DNA of 64,000 bases from positions 1-64,000 of the forward strand of contig JAVZZH010000003.1 in the NCBI GenBank assembly GCA_038885755.1, in the 5' to 3' direction. Shown here piece after piece: positions 8,132-18,223 of this stretch (position 1 is the stretch's first letter; each line of letters starts with the position of its first letter). Below the pieces are notes generated by a model that searched no databases, was not told where the DNA came from, and worked only from the letters and a program-made list of their open reading frames with translations. This stretch comes from Candidatus Caldarchaeum sp. (GTDB lineage Archaea; Thermoproteota; Nitrososphaeria_A; Caldarchaeales; Caldarchaeaceae). A program made the translations under genes and the position numbers.

Positions 8132-10147
8132 TTAGATAGATTCAGCCACGACCTCTGCGATGTCCTTGACCCTAATTTTATCCTCCACATTCATCACTCT
8201 GGCTGCGTCGCCGAACATCTGCATGCAGTAGGGGCATTCGACGGCCAGTACGTCGGCCTTGGTCTCCAACGCTTCCTTCAACCGGATGATGCTCTCACGG
8301 TCATTCCGCTTAACCTCATACCAGTAGGTGCTTCCACCGGCTCCGCAGCAGAAGCTTTTAACCCCTCTCCTCCCCATCTCCACAAAGTTCCCAGAGCCTG
8401 CGACCTGAGTGAGGGCGTACCTCGGCTCTTCAAAGACGCCGTTGACTCTACCGATATAGCAGGAGTCGTGGAGCGTAAGCTTTTCCCTCAAAGGTTTGGA
8501 GGGCTTTAACCTGCCGGACTTGAGGAGCTCGCCGATTACCTGGGTGTGATGGAAAACTTCGAGCTTCAGGCCGAATTCAGGATATTCTTTCTTGAAGGTG
8601 TTGTAGCAGTGGGGGCAGTGGACGATCATTTTCCGGACGCTCAGCTTCTTGAGCACCTCTGCGTTAGCCATGGCCATTTCCTGAAACCGTCCCTCCTCCC
8701 CTACACGCCTAGCCGGGTCGCCGTTGCAAGACTCGTCCATGCCCAGCACTGCGAATGACACTCCTGCTTTGAGCAGTATCTGTGCCATGCTCTTCACTAT
8801 CGACCGGCTTCGAGCGTCGTAGGTTGACGCACAGCCGATCCAGTAGAGGTACTCGGCTTCAGGGTTCTCATGGATCGTTTTGACACCCATCGACGCCAAC
8901 TCCTCCAGCAGCCGCTGCTTCTCGGACGGGTCTATGCCGTAGGGGTTTCCGTACCGCGCGAGGTTTGTGAGCATCGTCGTCTTCCTCTTGTCCAGCCTCC
9001 CCTCAAGCGTGAGCGCACGCCTCATCTCGAGAATGTAGTCCATGGGTCTTATCAGAACGGGGCAAGCCTCGACGCAGGCGTGGCAAGTAGTGCAAGCCCA
9101 CACCTCATCCTCTTCTACGACGCCCGAGCTGAAGACATCCTTCTCCAACCCGTCCTCAGACCACATCAAACCCTTCAGCTTCTGCACGACGTTCCTAGGA
9201 GATAACGGCGTGCCAGCCCAGAATGCCGGGCATGCGGCCTCACATCTTCCGCAGTCGGTGCAGGCGTCCAGAGCGAGTCGCTGCGTCCAGCTTACCTCCT
9301 TGAGGGTTCTGAAGCCGAGCTTGAGCTCTGCTGACGGGTCTAGCTCGTCTATCTTGAAGGGTGTCGTCATCTTTCCAAGCGGCTGCTGGAGTGGTGCGTT
9401 GACAGCGATGTTGAGCAGGGTTGAGAACATGTGCCCTAGCGATGAGTAGGGTATGAGGGCCACCATGGCGAAAGCTACGAATGCATGGCTCCACCAGACA
9501 CCGACGTACAGGGTTCTTACAGCTTCTTCCGTCAAAGAATCCTCGAAAACAGAGGACACCGCTTTCCCGACGAAGCTCCATCCACCCCAAGGCCGAGGCT
9601 CAACGGCCAGCCTCAACCCCTCCAACAGATAACCCGACACTCCTATGAAAAGCAGGCCAGCCAGAGTCATCAGGTATTCTGTCTTGAAGCGTAAACGCTT
9701 GTCAGGAGCCACCAGCCTACGGTACATCAGAATGCATAGACCGGCGAGCAAGGCCAGCCCCATAAAGTCTAGCGATAACTCATAGAACAGGTAAAAATCC
9801 CCCCTCAGGAGTCTCAGCTCAAAGAACCTCAGTATGTCGTAGTCTAGGAAGACCAGCGAAGTACCTATGAACAACGCTATGATGCCCGAGTAGATTAGGA
9901 CGTGCATCAATCCAGCCAGCCTTTCTAAGACGACTTTACGCTGCAGAAGACCGTACTTGACGAGCGGTGTTAATCCATTCAACACAAGCCTGAAATCGGC
10001 TGGGCTGCGAAATCCTATTCTCCGCAGCCTGTAAGCTACGCCGTAGATGAAGACGGCTGCGAAAGGCAGCAACACCAGATACATCACGACGTCTGTGCCG
10101 GGGGGCATCATCGCGTAGGTTTCTCGAACAGGCTCCAAAAGCTGCAC
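8132..10147 (-). CDS. Membrane-bound Fe-S oxidoreductase (FadF/HdrDE-like, probable ETF:quinone oxidoreductase)
   Basis: NarI-like TM region, two CxxCxxCxxxCP ferredoxin motifs and two CCG domains; adjacent to etfAB. Confidence 0.88.
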   Translation of the reverse strand: MQLLEPVRETYAMMPPGTDVVMYLVLLPFAAVFIYGVAYRLRRIGFRSPADFRLVLNGLTPLVKYGLLQRKVVLERLAGLMHVLIYSGIIALFIGTSLVFLDYDILRFFELRLLRGDFYLFYELSLDFMGLALLAGLCILMYRRLVAPDKRLRFKTEYLMTLAGLLFIGVSGYLLEGLRLAVEPRPWGGWSFVGKAVSSVFEDSLTEEAVRTLYVGVWWSHAFVAFAMVALIPYSSLGHMFSTLLNIAVNAPLQQPLGKMTTPFKIDELDPSAELKLGFRTLKEVSWTQRLALDACTDCGRCEAACPAFWAGTPLSPRNVVQKLKGLMWSEDGLEKDVFSSGVVEEDEVWACTTCHACVEACPVLIRPMDYILEMRRALTLEGRLDKRKTTMLTNLARYGNPYGIDPSEKQRLLEELASMGVKTIHENPEAEYLYWIGCASTYDARSRSIVKSMAQILLKAGVSFAVLGMDESCNGDPARRVGEEGRFQEMAMANAEVLKKLSVRKMIVHCPHCYNTFKKEYPEFGLKLEVFHHTQVIGELLKSGRLKPSKPLREKLTLHDSCYIGRVNGVFEEPRYALTQVAGSGNFVEMGRRGVKSFCCGAGGSTYWYEVKRNDRESIIRLKEALETKADVLAVECPYCMQMFGDAARVMNVEDKIRVKDIAEVVAESI

Positions 10148-10233
10148 ACCCTCAGACTATCTTAACTCGTGGAATTTAATAGTTGCATCACAAATCAAAT
10201 TATGTTTATCAATACCCACTTAGTCTAAGCATC

Positions 10234-11562
10234 ATGACTGAGGGGGATAAGCTGGGGGAGGTTGCTGTCAAAGCAGCCCCCTTCTACGGCGGTAAGCTGG
10301 AGGTCGTCCCCAAGATCCCCGTCAGGTCTTTGAAGGACTTCGCCGTGTGGTATACTCCGGGAGTTGCCGCTGTCTGCAAAGCCATAGCAAGCAGCCCCGG
10401 CGTGAGCTTCGACTACACATGGCGGTGGAACGCCATAGCAGTCGTAACCAACGGCACGAGAGTCCTCGGCCTCGGCGACATAGGGCCCGAAGCAGCTCTT
10501 CCGGTGATGGAGGGAAAAGCCCTGATCTTCAAGTTTCTCGGCGGAGTAGACGCGTTCCCAATCTGCCTAAACACACGAGACCGGAACAAATTCGTAGAAG
10601 TCGTCAAGACACTCGAGCCGGGCCTCGGTGGAGTAAACCTCGAAGACATATCTTCGCCCGACTGCTTCTACATCTTGGACAGGCTGCGTCAGGAGATGTC
10701 TATACCTGTCTGGCACGACGACCAGCTCGGCACTGCGGGAGCTACTCTCGCAGGTCTCTACAACGCTCTGAAGATCACTGACAGGAAGCTTTCAAAATCT
10801 GTCGTTGTTCTTTTCGGCGCTGGAGCTGCGAACATAGCTACCGCCAGGCTGTTGGAGAAGGCGGGGGCTGACATGTCGAAGATGATGCTTGTGGACAGCA
10901 TGGGAATACTTCACGCCGAGAGGGAGGACATGGATGAGCTGATGCTCAAAAACCCGTGGAAGTACGAGCTCGCCCTCAAGACTAACAGGAGCAAGGTTTC
11001 GGGCCAGCTTGCCGACGCTCTCGAGGGGGCTGACGTGCTGATCGCGGCCGCAACTCCCGGCCCTGGTTTGATTAAGAAGGAATGGGTTAGAAGGATGGCG
11101 GATAGGCCTGTCGTCTTCCTCCTAGCTAACCCTGTTCCGGAGATGTGGCCCTGGGAGGCTAAGGAGGCTGGAGCCGCCGTAGTGGCTACGGGGAGAAGCG
11201 ACTTCCCAAACCAAGTAAACAACAGCCTTGTGTTTCCGTCGGTTTTCAGAGGCTCTCTCGACGTCAGAGCGAGGACGATCACGGACGGCATGGTGTTGAA
11301 GGCTGCGGAGGCCTTGGCTGGCTTCATCCCAGACGATAGACTCTCCCCCGACAACATACTTCCGACGATGGAAGACTGGGAGGTCTACGTCCACGTAGCT
11401 GCTTCGGTGGCGGAGCAGGCGTCGGCCGAGAACGTAGCCAGAAGGCCCTTGAGCTACGACGAGGAGTTCGCTAGGGCGAGGAGGACGATAGAAAGGTCTA
11501 GAAAGGTATTAATGTCGCTGATGGAGATGCGGTTCATCAAACCTCTGCCGCAGGTCGATTAG
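10234..11562 (+). CDS. NAD(P)-dependent malic enzyme
   Basis: YTPGVA, VLGLGDIG, PVMEGKA, NLEDI, HDDQ.GT and TGRSDFPNQVNN; ATG at 10234. Confidence 0.95.
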   Translation: MTEGDKLGEVAVKAAPFYGGKLEVVPKIPVRSLKDFAVWYTPGVAAVCKAIASSPGVSFDYTWRWNAIAVVTNGTRVLGLGDIGPEAALPVMEGKALIFKFLGGVDAFPICLNTRDRNKFVEVVKTLEPGLGGVNLEDISSPDCFYILDRLRQEMSIPVWHDDQLGTAGATLAGLYNALKITDRKLSKSVVVLFGAGAANIATARLLEKAGADMSKMMLVDSMGILHAEREDMDELMLKNPWKYELALKTNRSKVSGQLADALEGADVLIAAATPGPGLIKKEWVRRMADRPVVFLLANPVPEMWPWEAKEAGAAVVATGRSDFPNQVNNSLVFPSVFRGSLDVRARTITDGMVLKAAEALAGFIPDDRLSPDNILPTMEDWEVYVHVAASVAEQASAENVARRPLSYDEEFARARRTIERSRKVLMSLMEMRFIKPLPQVD

Positions 11563-11563
11563 C

Positions 11564-12034
11564 ATGGGTGGAGTTGTCTTCAGGAAAGCTGAGAAAAGAG
11601 ACCTCCCCAAGCTGGTGGAGCTGAACATAAGGCTCAAACGCTTGAACGAAGAGTTTGACCCCCTGCTGCGTGTGAGAAGCGACATAGCGGAGACATCCCG
11701 CACGTATTTCGAGCAAGCCATCGACGCCCCAGACTCTCTCGTGATAGTCGCCGAGGACGAGGGGAAAGTAGTGGGCTTCATCAAAGCGGACATTAAGGAG
11801 AGAAGGTTCTACGACCCTCCCATGGAGGGAAACATAGTCGAGTTCTACCTACTCCCCGAGTACAGGAGGAAAGGCGTCGGAGCTCTGCTGCTGGACCATG
11901 CGATTAAAGCTTTAAAGGAAAAGGCTGACATAATAACCGCCGAGTTTCCTGCACTGAACGAGATAGCGGTGGAGTTCTATGCACGTCTCGGTTTCAGAGG
12001 GATAGTGAGCATTTACGCCCGTGAAAGCACTTGA
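11564..12034 (+). CDS. GNAT acetyltransferase
   Basis: PEYRRKGVG acetyl-CoA motif and N..A..FY.RLGF. Confidence 0.9.
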   Translation: MGGVVFRKAEKRDLPKLVELNIRLKRLNEEFDPLLRVRSDIAETSRTYFEQAIDAPDSLVIVAEDEGKVVGFIKADIKERRFYDPPMEGNIVEFYLLPEYRRKGVGALLLDHAIKALKEKADIITAEFPALNEIAVEFYARLGFRGIVSIYAREST

Positions 12035-12105
12035 GAAAGCGTCGACAAACAGCTTAACGAATTAGGAAAAAATTTAATGGGCTCTGTTTCGGATAAAGTT
12101 CTCCG

Positions 12106-12810
12106 ATGTCTCTCGGCGGAGTCGTTCAAACACTGATTATCGCCTGCAGCGTGTTTTCGCTGGTCTACCTTATCAACTACGTCTACCTTGCGTTCATCTC
12201 GGCAGTCATCCATAACAAGCCAAGACAGGCAACACCCCTCACATGGCCTTCAGTATCAATCCACATCCCCGTCTACAACGAGAGATACGTCGTGCAGAGA
12301 ATAATAAAGGCTGTTTCGGAGCTCGATTATCCGGAGGAGAGGCTTCAAATAGTTGTCATCGACGACTCCGACGACGACACCCCTGAGCTCGTCAAGGAGG
12401 CTGCTGAAAAGTTCCTGAAACCCGGTGTTGAGTTTCTCCATCTCAGGAGAGATTCTAGGCAGGGATTTAAGGGAGGGGCTCTTCAGGAAGCGCTCAGCCG
12501 AACTGAGGCCGGGTTCATCGCCGTTTTCGACGCAGACTTCATCCCTCCCAAAGATTTCCTGAAAAAGGCCTTGAGCTGCCTGCTCGCCGACGACAGAATA
12601 GGAGCGGTGCAGGCACGGTGGGAACACATAAACAGAGCCGACTCTGCGCTAACTAGGGGACAGGCTCTGAACCTCGACCTTCACTTCGAGGTCGAGCAGC
12701 AGGCAAGGTCTTCCATGGCGTATTTTCTGAATTTCAACGGCACAGCTTGTCTCGATGCCAGCAGCAGAATGGGCTGGATGATGGTTAGGATGAGGCAGCT
12801 TACTGCGTAG
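12106..12810 (+). pseudogene. Truncated family-2 glycosyltransferase (cellulose synthase-like)
   Basis: IPVYNE, DDS.D, GFKGGAL, FDADF and VQARW are present, but similarity stops at FNGTA (~12748). The TED/QxxRW motifs and C-terminal TM helices are missing. Confidence 0.72.
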
Positions 12811-13046
12811 GGTGGGCAGAGGAACGGGCAGCTCACCGAGTTGAAGCTCGATATGGGTTTTAGACCGAAAAGGTAAGCCGCGAACTCAGACGGCTGTATG
12901 CCTATCGAGGGCCCTGTCAAAAGCGAAAGAACAAGTAGTGAAGCGACCGCAGCTAAGCTGTCCCGCTTGAGGAGCCCGCAACAGCATCCATCCTAAGACG
13001 ACACGAAGACATTGTACCGAGGCGAATCCATGAAGGGTTTGGATGT

Positions 13047-13868
13047 TTAGTCGGATGATGTTGGCCGGTTTTCTTGCTCCTCGTATTCTTCTTCGAGGGT
13101 TTTGATTATTTCCTTGAGTCTTTCGTCTTTCTCGACGAGGTTGTTTACCTTGCTGGTGAAGATTGTTGCTTCTACGTAGAGGCGGCTAAGGTTGAACGGT
13201 GTTTCGATTATCGAAGATAGTTTTTCGAGGACGGCGAGGACGACTCTAGGGTTTGCGATGTTTAGATAGCTGGGCACATGTCCCCAGACCGACAAAGCCT
13301 CGTATCCACGGTCGCCGCTGTTCTTGATGATGTAGCTGTGCATGGAGGCTGGCCCGGTGTAGTTGGATGGTCTCAGGCCTTCATGCATGCATTTGGCGTA
13401 AAACCGCTCGCTGGTTGTGAGGAAGGTTATCCGGACTGGTTTTGTGTGGGGCGTGTTGTCGACGAGGCCTCCGATTGTGACGACAGTTTTTGCGCCAAAC
13501 CCATCCATCAGCTCGAACAATGCTTCGACGAACTCACTCCATCCACGGCTCAGCTCGTAGCCGCTCACAAGAATCAAGTCCCTCTCGCCTTTTACGGCGT
13601 AGTATACCTCGAAGGAGGGCATCTCAAGATGCTTGATGAAGCCGCCCTCGATGACCACGTATGGCCTGTGCTGCGTGTGGTCCAGAAGGTCGCCGACGTC
13701 AACATAACCGAGACGAGCCGAGTTCTCAGCATCCCGGAGATACAGCAGGGACAAGGTTGAGACATTTCCGGCGTCAGCCCATCCACCGAACCCGACAACC
13801 ACCACAGGCCGCTTGAGCGATGGCCATTCAACCAACCGCAACCTACTCAAACCAACCACTAACATCAC
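13047..13868 (-). CDS. PAC2 family (proteasome assembly chaperone-like) protein
   Basis: GFGGWADAG, D....RP, PHTKP, Y.GP and WGHVPSY..NPR. Confidence 0.88.
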   Translation of the reverse strand: MMLVVGLSRLRLVEWPSLKRPVVVVGFGGWADAGNVSTLSLLYLRDAENSARLGYVDVGDLLDHTQHRPYVVIEGGFIKHLEMPSFEVYYAVKGERDLILVSGYELSRGWSEFVEALFELMDGFGAKTVVTIGGLVDNTPHTKPVRITFLTTSERFYAKCMHEGLRPSNYTGPASMHSYIIKNSGDRGYEALSVWGHVPSYLNIANPRVVLAVLEKLSSIIETPFNLSRLYVEATIFTSKVNNLVEKDERLKEIIKTLEEEYEEQENRPTSSD

Positions 13869-13947
13869 CGCGAAGCTTTAAACACATTCCTGAACATCAA
13901 ACCCTAGTTTTAACAAAGGTTCGGTGGAAACAAGTTTAAAAACAGCG

Positions 13948-14700
13948 TCACCTGCTTAGTGCTGTAATTTTCTTTAATAGTTGAGCTGCCCGTCTAATCT
14001 CGTCAGGGTTGGGTAGGTCGCTTACAAAAACTTTGTGAAAGCCTCCGCGGTGAAACGCCGCAGCTAAATTGTCCACAATAAGCAAAGGCCTCAAAAACCC
14101 CAAACTCCTCCTGTACAAACCTATTCCATTAGAGATGTCCACAACCTTCCCGTACAAAGCATCTACCACGTTTGAGACTTCCTCATGACTAATCCGTGAA
14201 GGTGGTTTAGACGACAAGATCGTTGAAAGCCCGTGTTTATCGATGACATCAGTGAAGGCATCTATGAAATCTTCAGATATCGACGCGGTTTGAGGAGCGT
14301 TGAATTTCCTCCAGCTTTTGAAGTCAACCATGAAGTTTGGCCCCCGCATGGCCATGTGGTGCCAGAGTATTGCGGTCATGCACTCGGTTTTCCAGCAGAC
14401 GTCTCTAATGGATAAGCTGGCTGCTGCTGCGGAGTAATATTCATGCTTTGGGAATGAAAGTTTTGCTTGATACTCGTCCGCTGCTTTACCATAGTCATGG
14501 AAAGCAACTGTAGCTTTCAAACCCAGTGATACCTCCTCTTCAGTGGTTCCGAAGAGGGTGGCTAAGTTTTTAGCAACACCCGCTTTAATGAAATGGTCGT
14601 CGAGCAAATCCAGACATAGGTTTATGTGGTCTATGAGTGTCTCATGCTCGGACGCCATAGGCATCAAGTAGGTAATCCTCCTCCGGGATGACAAATCCAT
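13948..14700 (-). CDS. cas3'': CRISPR Cas3'' HD nuclease (true start probably ~14658-14664)
   Basis: L.DH, FHDYGKA...YQ, HE..S, WHH and D..AA motifs; directly downstream of the helicase. Confidence 0.92.
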   Translation of the reverse strand: MDLSSRRRITYLMPMASEHETLIDHINLCLDLLDDHFIKAGVAKNLATLFGTTEEEVSLGLKATVAFHDYGKAADEYQAKLSFPKHEYYSAAAASLSIRDVCWKTECMTAILWHHMAMRGPNFMVDFKSWRKFNAPQTASISEDFIDAFTDVIDKHGLSTILSSKPPSRISHEEVSNVVDALYGKVVDISNGIGLYRRSLGFLRPLLIVDNLAAAFHRGGFHKVFVSDLPNPDEIRRAAQLLKKITALSR

Positions 14701-16294
14701 ACACCGAGTCGCAGAGAAGCCTCAACCCCGGCCGACTCATATACGCGTATTCTTTAGCCGTCTTGTCAACTATTTTAACATCACCGTTATCGTCCATTTT
14801 AATTGCTCTGGCGTTAGGATGCCTCTTGACAAGCCGGCTTAACTCCGTAGTGTAATGGTTTTCAGCGCTTAGGTCGTTCACGTCTGCGGCAACGTAAACC
14901 ATAACCATGTCGTCTTCGATGAAATCCGAGGCTTGAGAAGGAACAGCCAAAGGATTGATTATTTGATTCACCAATAGGTTGTTCGGCGGCGGCAGCGGGT
15001 CGACGTGAACAGAGTCAACGAGAGCACTGTACCCAGTTCCTTTATCTGCATGTGGTAAACGCCACTCGACACTGCCTTCTTCCAAAGCCTTCTCCAGCTT
15101 TTCCACCGTCGACTGAACCATGTCCTTGGAATATGGCCCAAAACTGTCGTCCTTCACTATCACTATCTCCCCCTCATCATCCTCATCCCTTCTCGCGACT
15201 CTCCCAGCCCTCTGCACCAAAGAGCTGGCTGGGGCAGCCTCTGTGATCAACAGCTGGGCCGAGAGGTTCACACCGGCTTCAACGACCTGCGTAGCAACTA
15301 GAAGCCATCGTTCAGTCCTCAGCTTTTCAAGAGTCTGCAGACGATCCCTCCTCGTCATTCGACCGTGTAGAAGACAAGTGTTTTCCGAACCGATTAGAGA
15401 GTAAACTTTCTTGGCGTTTTCGACTGTGTTTACAACAATTAAGACACGGTTCCATCTACATTCCTTCAACTTTTCTCTAACAAAGTCTGCCATCGGCTGC
15501 TTGACAATGGAGGTATTGATTTTCTTGTTTCTGACGATGTTCTCGTAATCCTTGTCGATCAGGTTTTCTCCGTAAACGAATTCTTTGTATGGAATTTTAG
15601 ATTCGCTAGCCGCATGTCTAGCTGCCTCCCTTAGTTTCTTAGACATGGTTGCGGTTATGAGCATTACGGGGATCTTGAGCTTGGTCAAACCATGAAGCAC
15701 TGACGGAAACCGTAAGAGATAGCTGGAGTCCAAGTCTTTTCTCTCAATCAAAAGCTGCGGCTCATCTATGAAAACAAAGGACTCGAAAACAGCTCCCCGG
15801 CCTATCTCGAAGTGTCCATAGGTTTTCCATCCCGATGAGCGGCTGTAGAGAGATGGGCATAGAATCTTTTCCATTTCCGCTGGTGGAATTTTAATAAGAT
15901 GAAGCAGGAAAGTCTCGAAAGTGACAAACACGAGTTTTTTGTTTAGGAAAGGAGAACCAGCGACACCCATCATTTGGGCAGCTACGTAGTTTTGTGCTCT
16001 TTCAAAACCGAGTTTTTTGAGGTTTTTCAGCGTAGTTTGGTGGGCATCTTCGATAATGCTCCTCAAAGGTAGAACGTGGAGTGAGCGTAGATAATTGTCT
16101 GTGTTCAACAAAGACGCCAAGCCGCAGACTACGGGGAAAGCAGTCTTGCCGTAGCCCGTGGGAAGCTGCACAACATTCAAACCATATTCAAGCTCATTTA
16201 GAACATACTCTATTAACGGTCTCGACCTTGTGTAAAAACCGGTCTTCAATAGACCAATGTAAACCTCTGACTCAATACGAGGTGAGTGCGTCAT
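14642..16294 (-). CDS. cas3': CRISPR Cas3' SF2 helicase
   Basis: LPTGYGKT, FIDEPQ, ITAT, VNTV, LHGR, VATQVVEAGV and QRAGRVAR. Confidence 0.95.
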   Translation of the reverse strand: MTHSPRIESEVYIGLLKTGFYTRSRPLIEYVLNELEYGLNVVQLPTGYGKTAFPVVCGLASLLNTDNYLRSLHVLPLRSIIEDAHQTTLKNLKKLGFERAQNYVAAQMMGVAGSPFLNKKLVFVTFETFLLHLIKIPPAEMEKILCPSLYSRSSGWKTYGHFEIGRGAVFESFVFIDEPQLLIERKDLDSSYLLRFPSVLHGLTKLKIPVMLITATMSKKLREAARHAASESKIPYKEFVYGENLIDKDYENIVRNKKINTSIVKQPMADFVREKLKECRWNRVLIVVNTVENAKKVYSLIGSENTCLLHGRMTRRDRLQTLEKLRTERWLLVATQVVEAGVNLSAQLLITEAAPASSLVQRAGRVARRDEDDEGEIVIVKDDSFGPYSKDMVQSTVEKLEKALEEGSVEWRLPHADKGTGYSALVDSVHVDPLPPPNNLLVNQIINPLAVPSQASDFIEDDMVMVYVAADVNDLSAENHYTTELSRLVKRHPNARAIKMDDNGDVKIVDKTAKEYAYMSRPGLRLLCDSVYGFVIPEEDYLLDAYGVRA

Positions 16295-17468
16295 AGACAG
16301 CTGTTAGAAATCTTTCTTCTCTCAAAGGACTGTTCTCTGGACTCGAGCGAGCCATCATGTAAACCACTTCTGAGGCAGACCGGGTTTTGACGGCGGCGTC
16401 GTACAACGCCTTGCTGAGCCTGTTGCACAAACTGAAGTCGCCGAACCTTTCGGAACAATACCTGTTGTTACTGCTAAGCTGAGTCAGTGTGCATTTGAGG
16501 AACTGAATTAATACAGACTCGGCATGCTCCGATAACGATATCCTCTCAACGAAAGGAGCTAGGATCGAGACATTAATCGGTGTTTTCTCGAGAAGTGAAA
16601 AGTTCCTCCCCGTAAACTGGACTCTGTTAAAAATGACGGGAGGAGCCTCGAGTAGGGAAAGCCCCGACTGTTTAGTTTGCTGCTTAAGGTATAGTGCGAG
16701 AAGCATGGAGTATGCATGGTGAAGGTCGGGTCGTATCCGTAGGTCGTAAGCAACGTTGAGATATTTTTGTATGACGGTCGCTCCCCTGATGTTCTTGGTC
16801 AGCGCCGCGACGTAGTTTAGCCAGTTAAGGTCGGTTGCGGCCCTAAGAATTACCTCTTCAGGAACGGTGGAAAAAATCATCTCCCCTTCGGAATAAATTG
16901 AATAGGAGATAAGAAAACCGGCCATCACTAACGCAACCCATCGCTCATCCATCTTAATGTCCTGCTGAGCCCTTAAATCATCGAACTGTTTACCATACTT
17001 GTACTTCTCAATTTTTAACGGCTGAAAACCTGAAAACGCTGACTCTGCGTCGCCAAAAATTATTGAGTTGGGTGAATGATTTACTTGGCCGAGGCTCTGT
17101 TCCCACTGAGCTTGATTTTTTAACAGGTCTCTCATGGCCCAATCACTCAAAGCAACGCCGTAGTCGACGTACGTGTCGTTGCAACTAAGACCGAGTTTCT
17201 TCTTTATTTTGCCCATTACCTGCATGTCGTTGTAATGTGGCCTTATCTTCGGAAGCTGGTTCTTGTCCTGAACAGAAGCTTGGGCAGCAGCAAATACGTT
17301 ATATAGGGAAGACACGCCTCCAGCCACGACCGCTTCAGCCTCTCTGACCTCAAGCGTTCCTCCCCCCGAGCTTGTTGCGAAGGCCAAGGGAGTTAGAGCT
17401 GTTAACAAGAGCTCTCGTCCCAAAGTCCCGTGAGGAAAGAGTTTCAAAATTATTTGACTGCCTACCAT
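16272..17468 (-). CDS. cas8a: Type I-A large subunit Cas8a
   Basis: Position between cas5 and cas3' and size (398 aa); no diagnostic motif recognised. Confidence 0.7.
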   Translation of the reverse strand: MVGSQIILKLFPHGTLGRELLLTALTPLAFATSSGGGTLEVREAEAVVAGGVSSLYNVFAAAQASVQDKNQLPKIRPHYNDMQVMGKIKKKLGLSCNDTYVDYGVALSDWAMRDLLKNQAQWEQSLGQVNHSPNSIIFGDAESAFSGFQPLKIEKYKYGKQFDDLRAQQDIKMDERWVALVMAGFLISYSIYSEGEMIFSTVPEEVILRAATDLNWLNYVAALTKNIRGATVIQKYLNVAYDLRIRPDLHHAYSMLLALYLKQQTKQSGLSLLEAPPVIFNRVQFTGRNFSLLEKTPINVSILAPFVERISLSEHAESVLIQFLKCTLTQLSSNNRYCSERFGDFSLCNRLSKALYDAAVKTRSASEVVYMMARSSPENSPLREERFLTAVYDALTSY

Positions 17469-18223
17469 GGGACCAAAACCTCTTCACCAGCCTTGTAGAC
17501 AAAACCTCCCACTGGTTTAACCCTCACAACGGATACCCTCCTATTCATTATGTCGTAGGGCACGACAACCTGAACTGTAGGCTTGCCTATGTATCTCCCG
17601 ATGGAGCTTGCTCTCCAGTCTACAACGTTGGCGACTGTGTATACGCCGTCTAATGGTTTACCGTTTGAAAGAGGAAAGTAATATCTAGTTTCTGCGACGT
17701 CTGTTTCTATTTTTTCAACATCTCCAAACTCCACGTTTCTAACGGAGACAATACTCTCTCTCGCTCCAACCCGTGATATCGCCCATGCAGAGGTTAGGAG
17801 GTCAGCCGTCCAGCCATTACCTAAAACACCACGGGCAGTATCCTCATCCACCAAAAACACTATGTTTAGCTCACTGACTCCATCATCAACTGGTCCGCAG
17901 TAGATTTTGCCAACCGCAGCCGCATCCGCCAGAATCTGTTTCTCATCAACGTCGAAGGAGAAGATTTTACTGAGATCACTGTATTCGGACAGAGAGATAT
18001 TCTGTGATACAAAAACTCCTTTGAAAATGGGTCTGATTATGTCTGCGGAGCTTTTATCGTCAACGGTCTCGGGCCAATTTTTCATCAGTGCAAGAGGTAG
18101 GGCTACAGCCCCTATGACGGTGGTCGGCGGGACAACCCTCAGAGCTGGACGGCTTTTGGTGAATGCATGGTAGTTTAGGAGAAGCCCCCAGTGCGTTTCG
18201 GCGTCAATTCTCAAGTATTTCAT
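17462..18223 (-). CDS. cas5: Type I-A Cas5
   Basis: HWG, PPTTVIGA and AW.ISRVGARES.VSV. Confidence 0.92.
   Translation of the reverse strand: MKYLRIDAETHWGLLLNYHAFTKSRPALRVVPPTTVIGAVALPLALMKNWPETVDDKSSADIIRPIFKGVFVSQNISLSEYSDLSKIFSFDVDEKQILADAAAVGKIYCGPVDDGVSELNIVFLVDEDTARGVLGNGWTADLLTSAWAISRVGARESIVSVRNVEFGDVEKIETDVAETRYYFPLSNGKPLDGVYTVANVVDWRASSIGRYIGKPTVQVVVPYDIMNRRVSVVRVKPVGGFVYKAGEEVLVPW

Noticed and set aside
14642-16294. Cas3' DEPQ instead of DEAH as an inactivating change
   Set aside because: DExQ variants occur in Cas3 helicases and all other motifs are intact.
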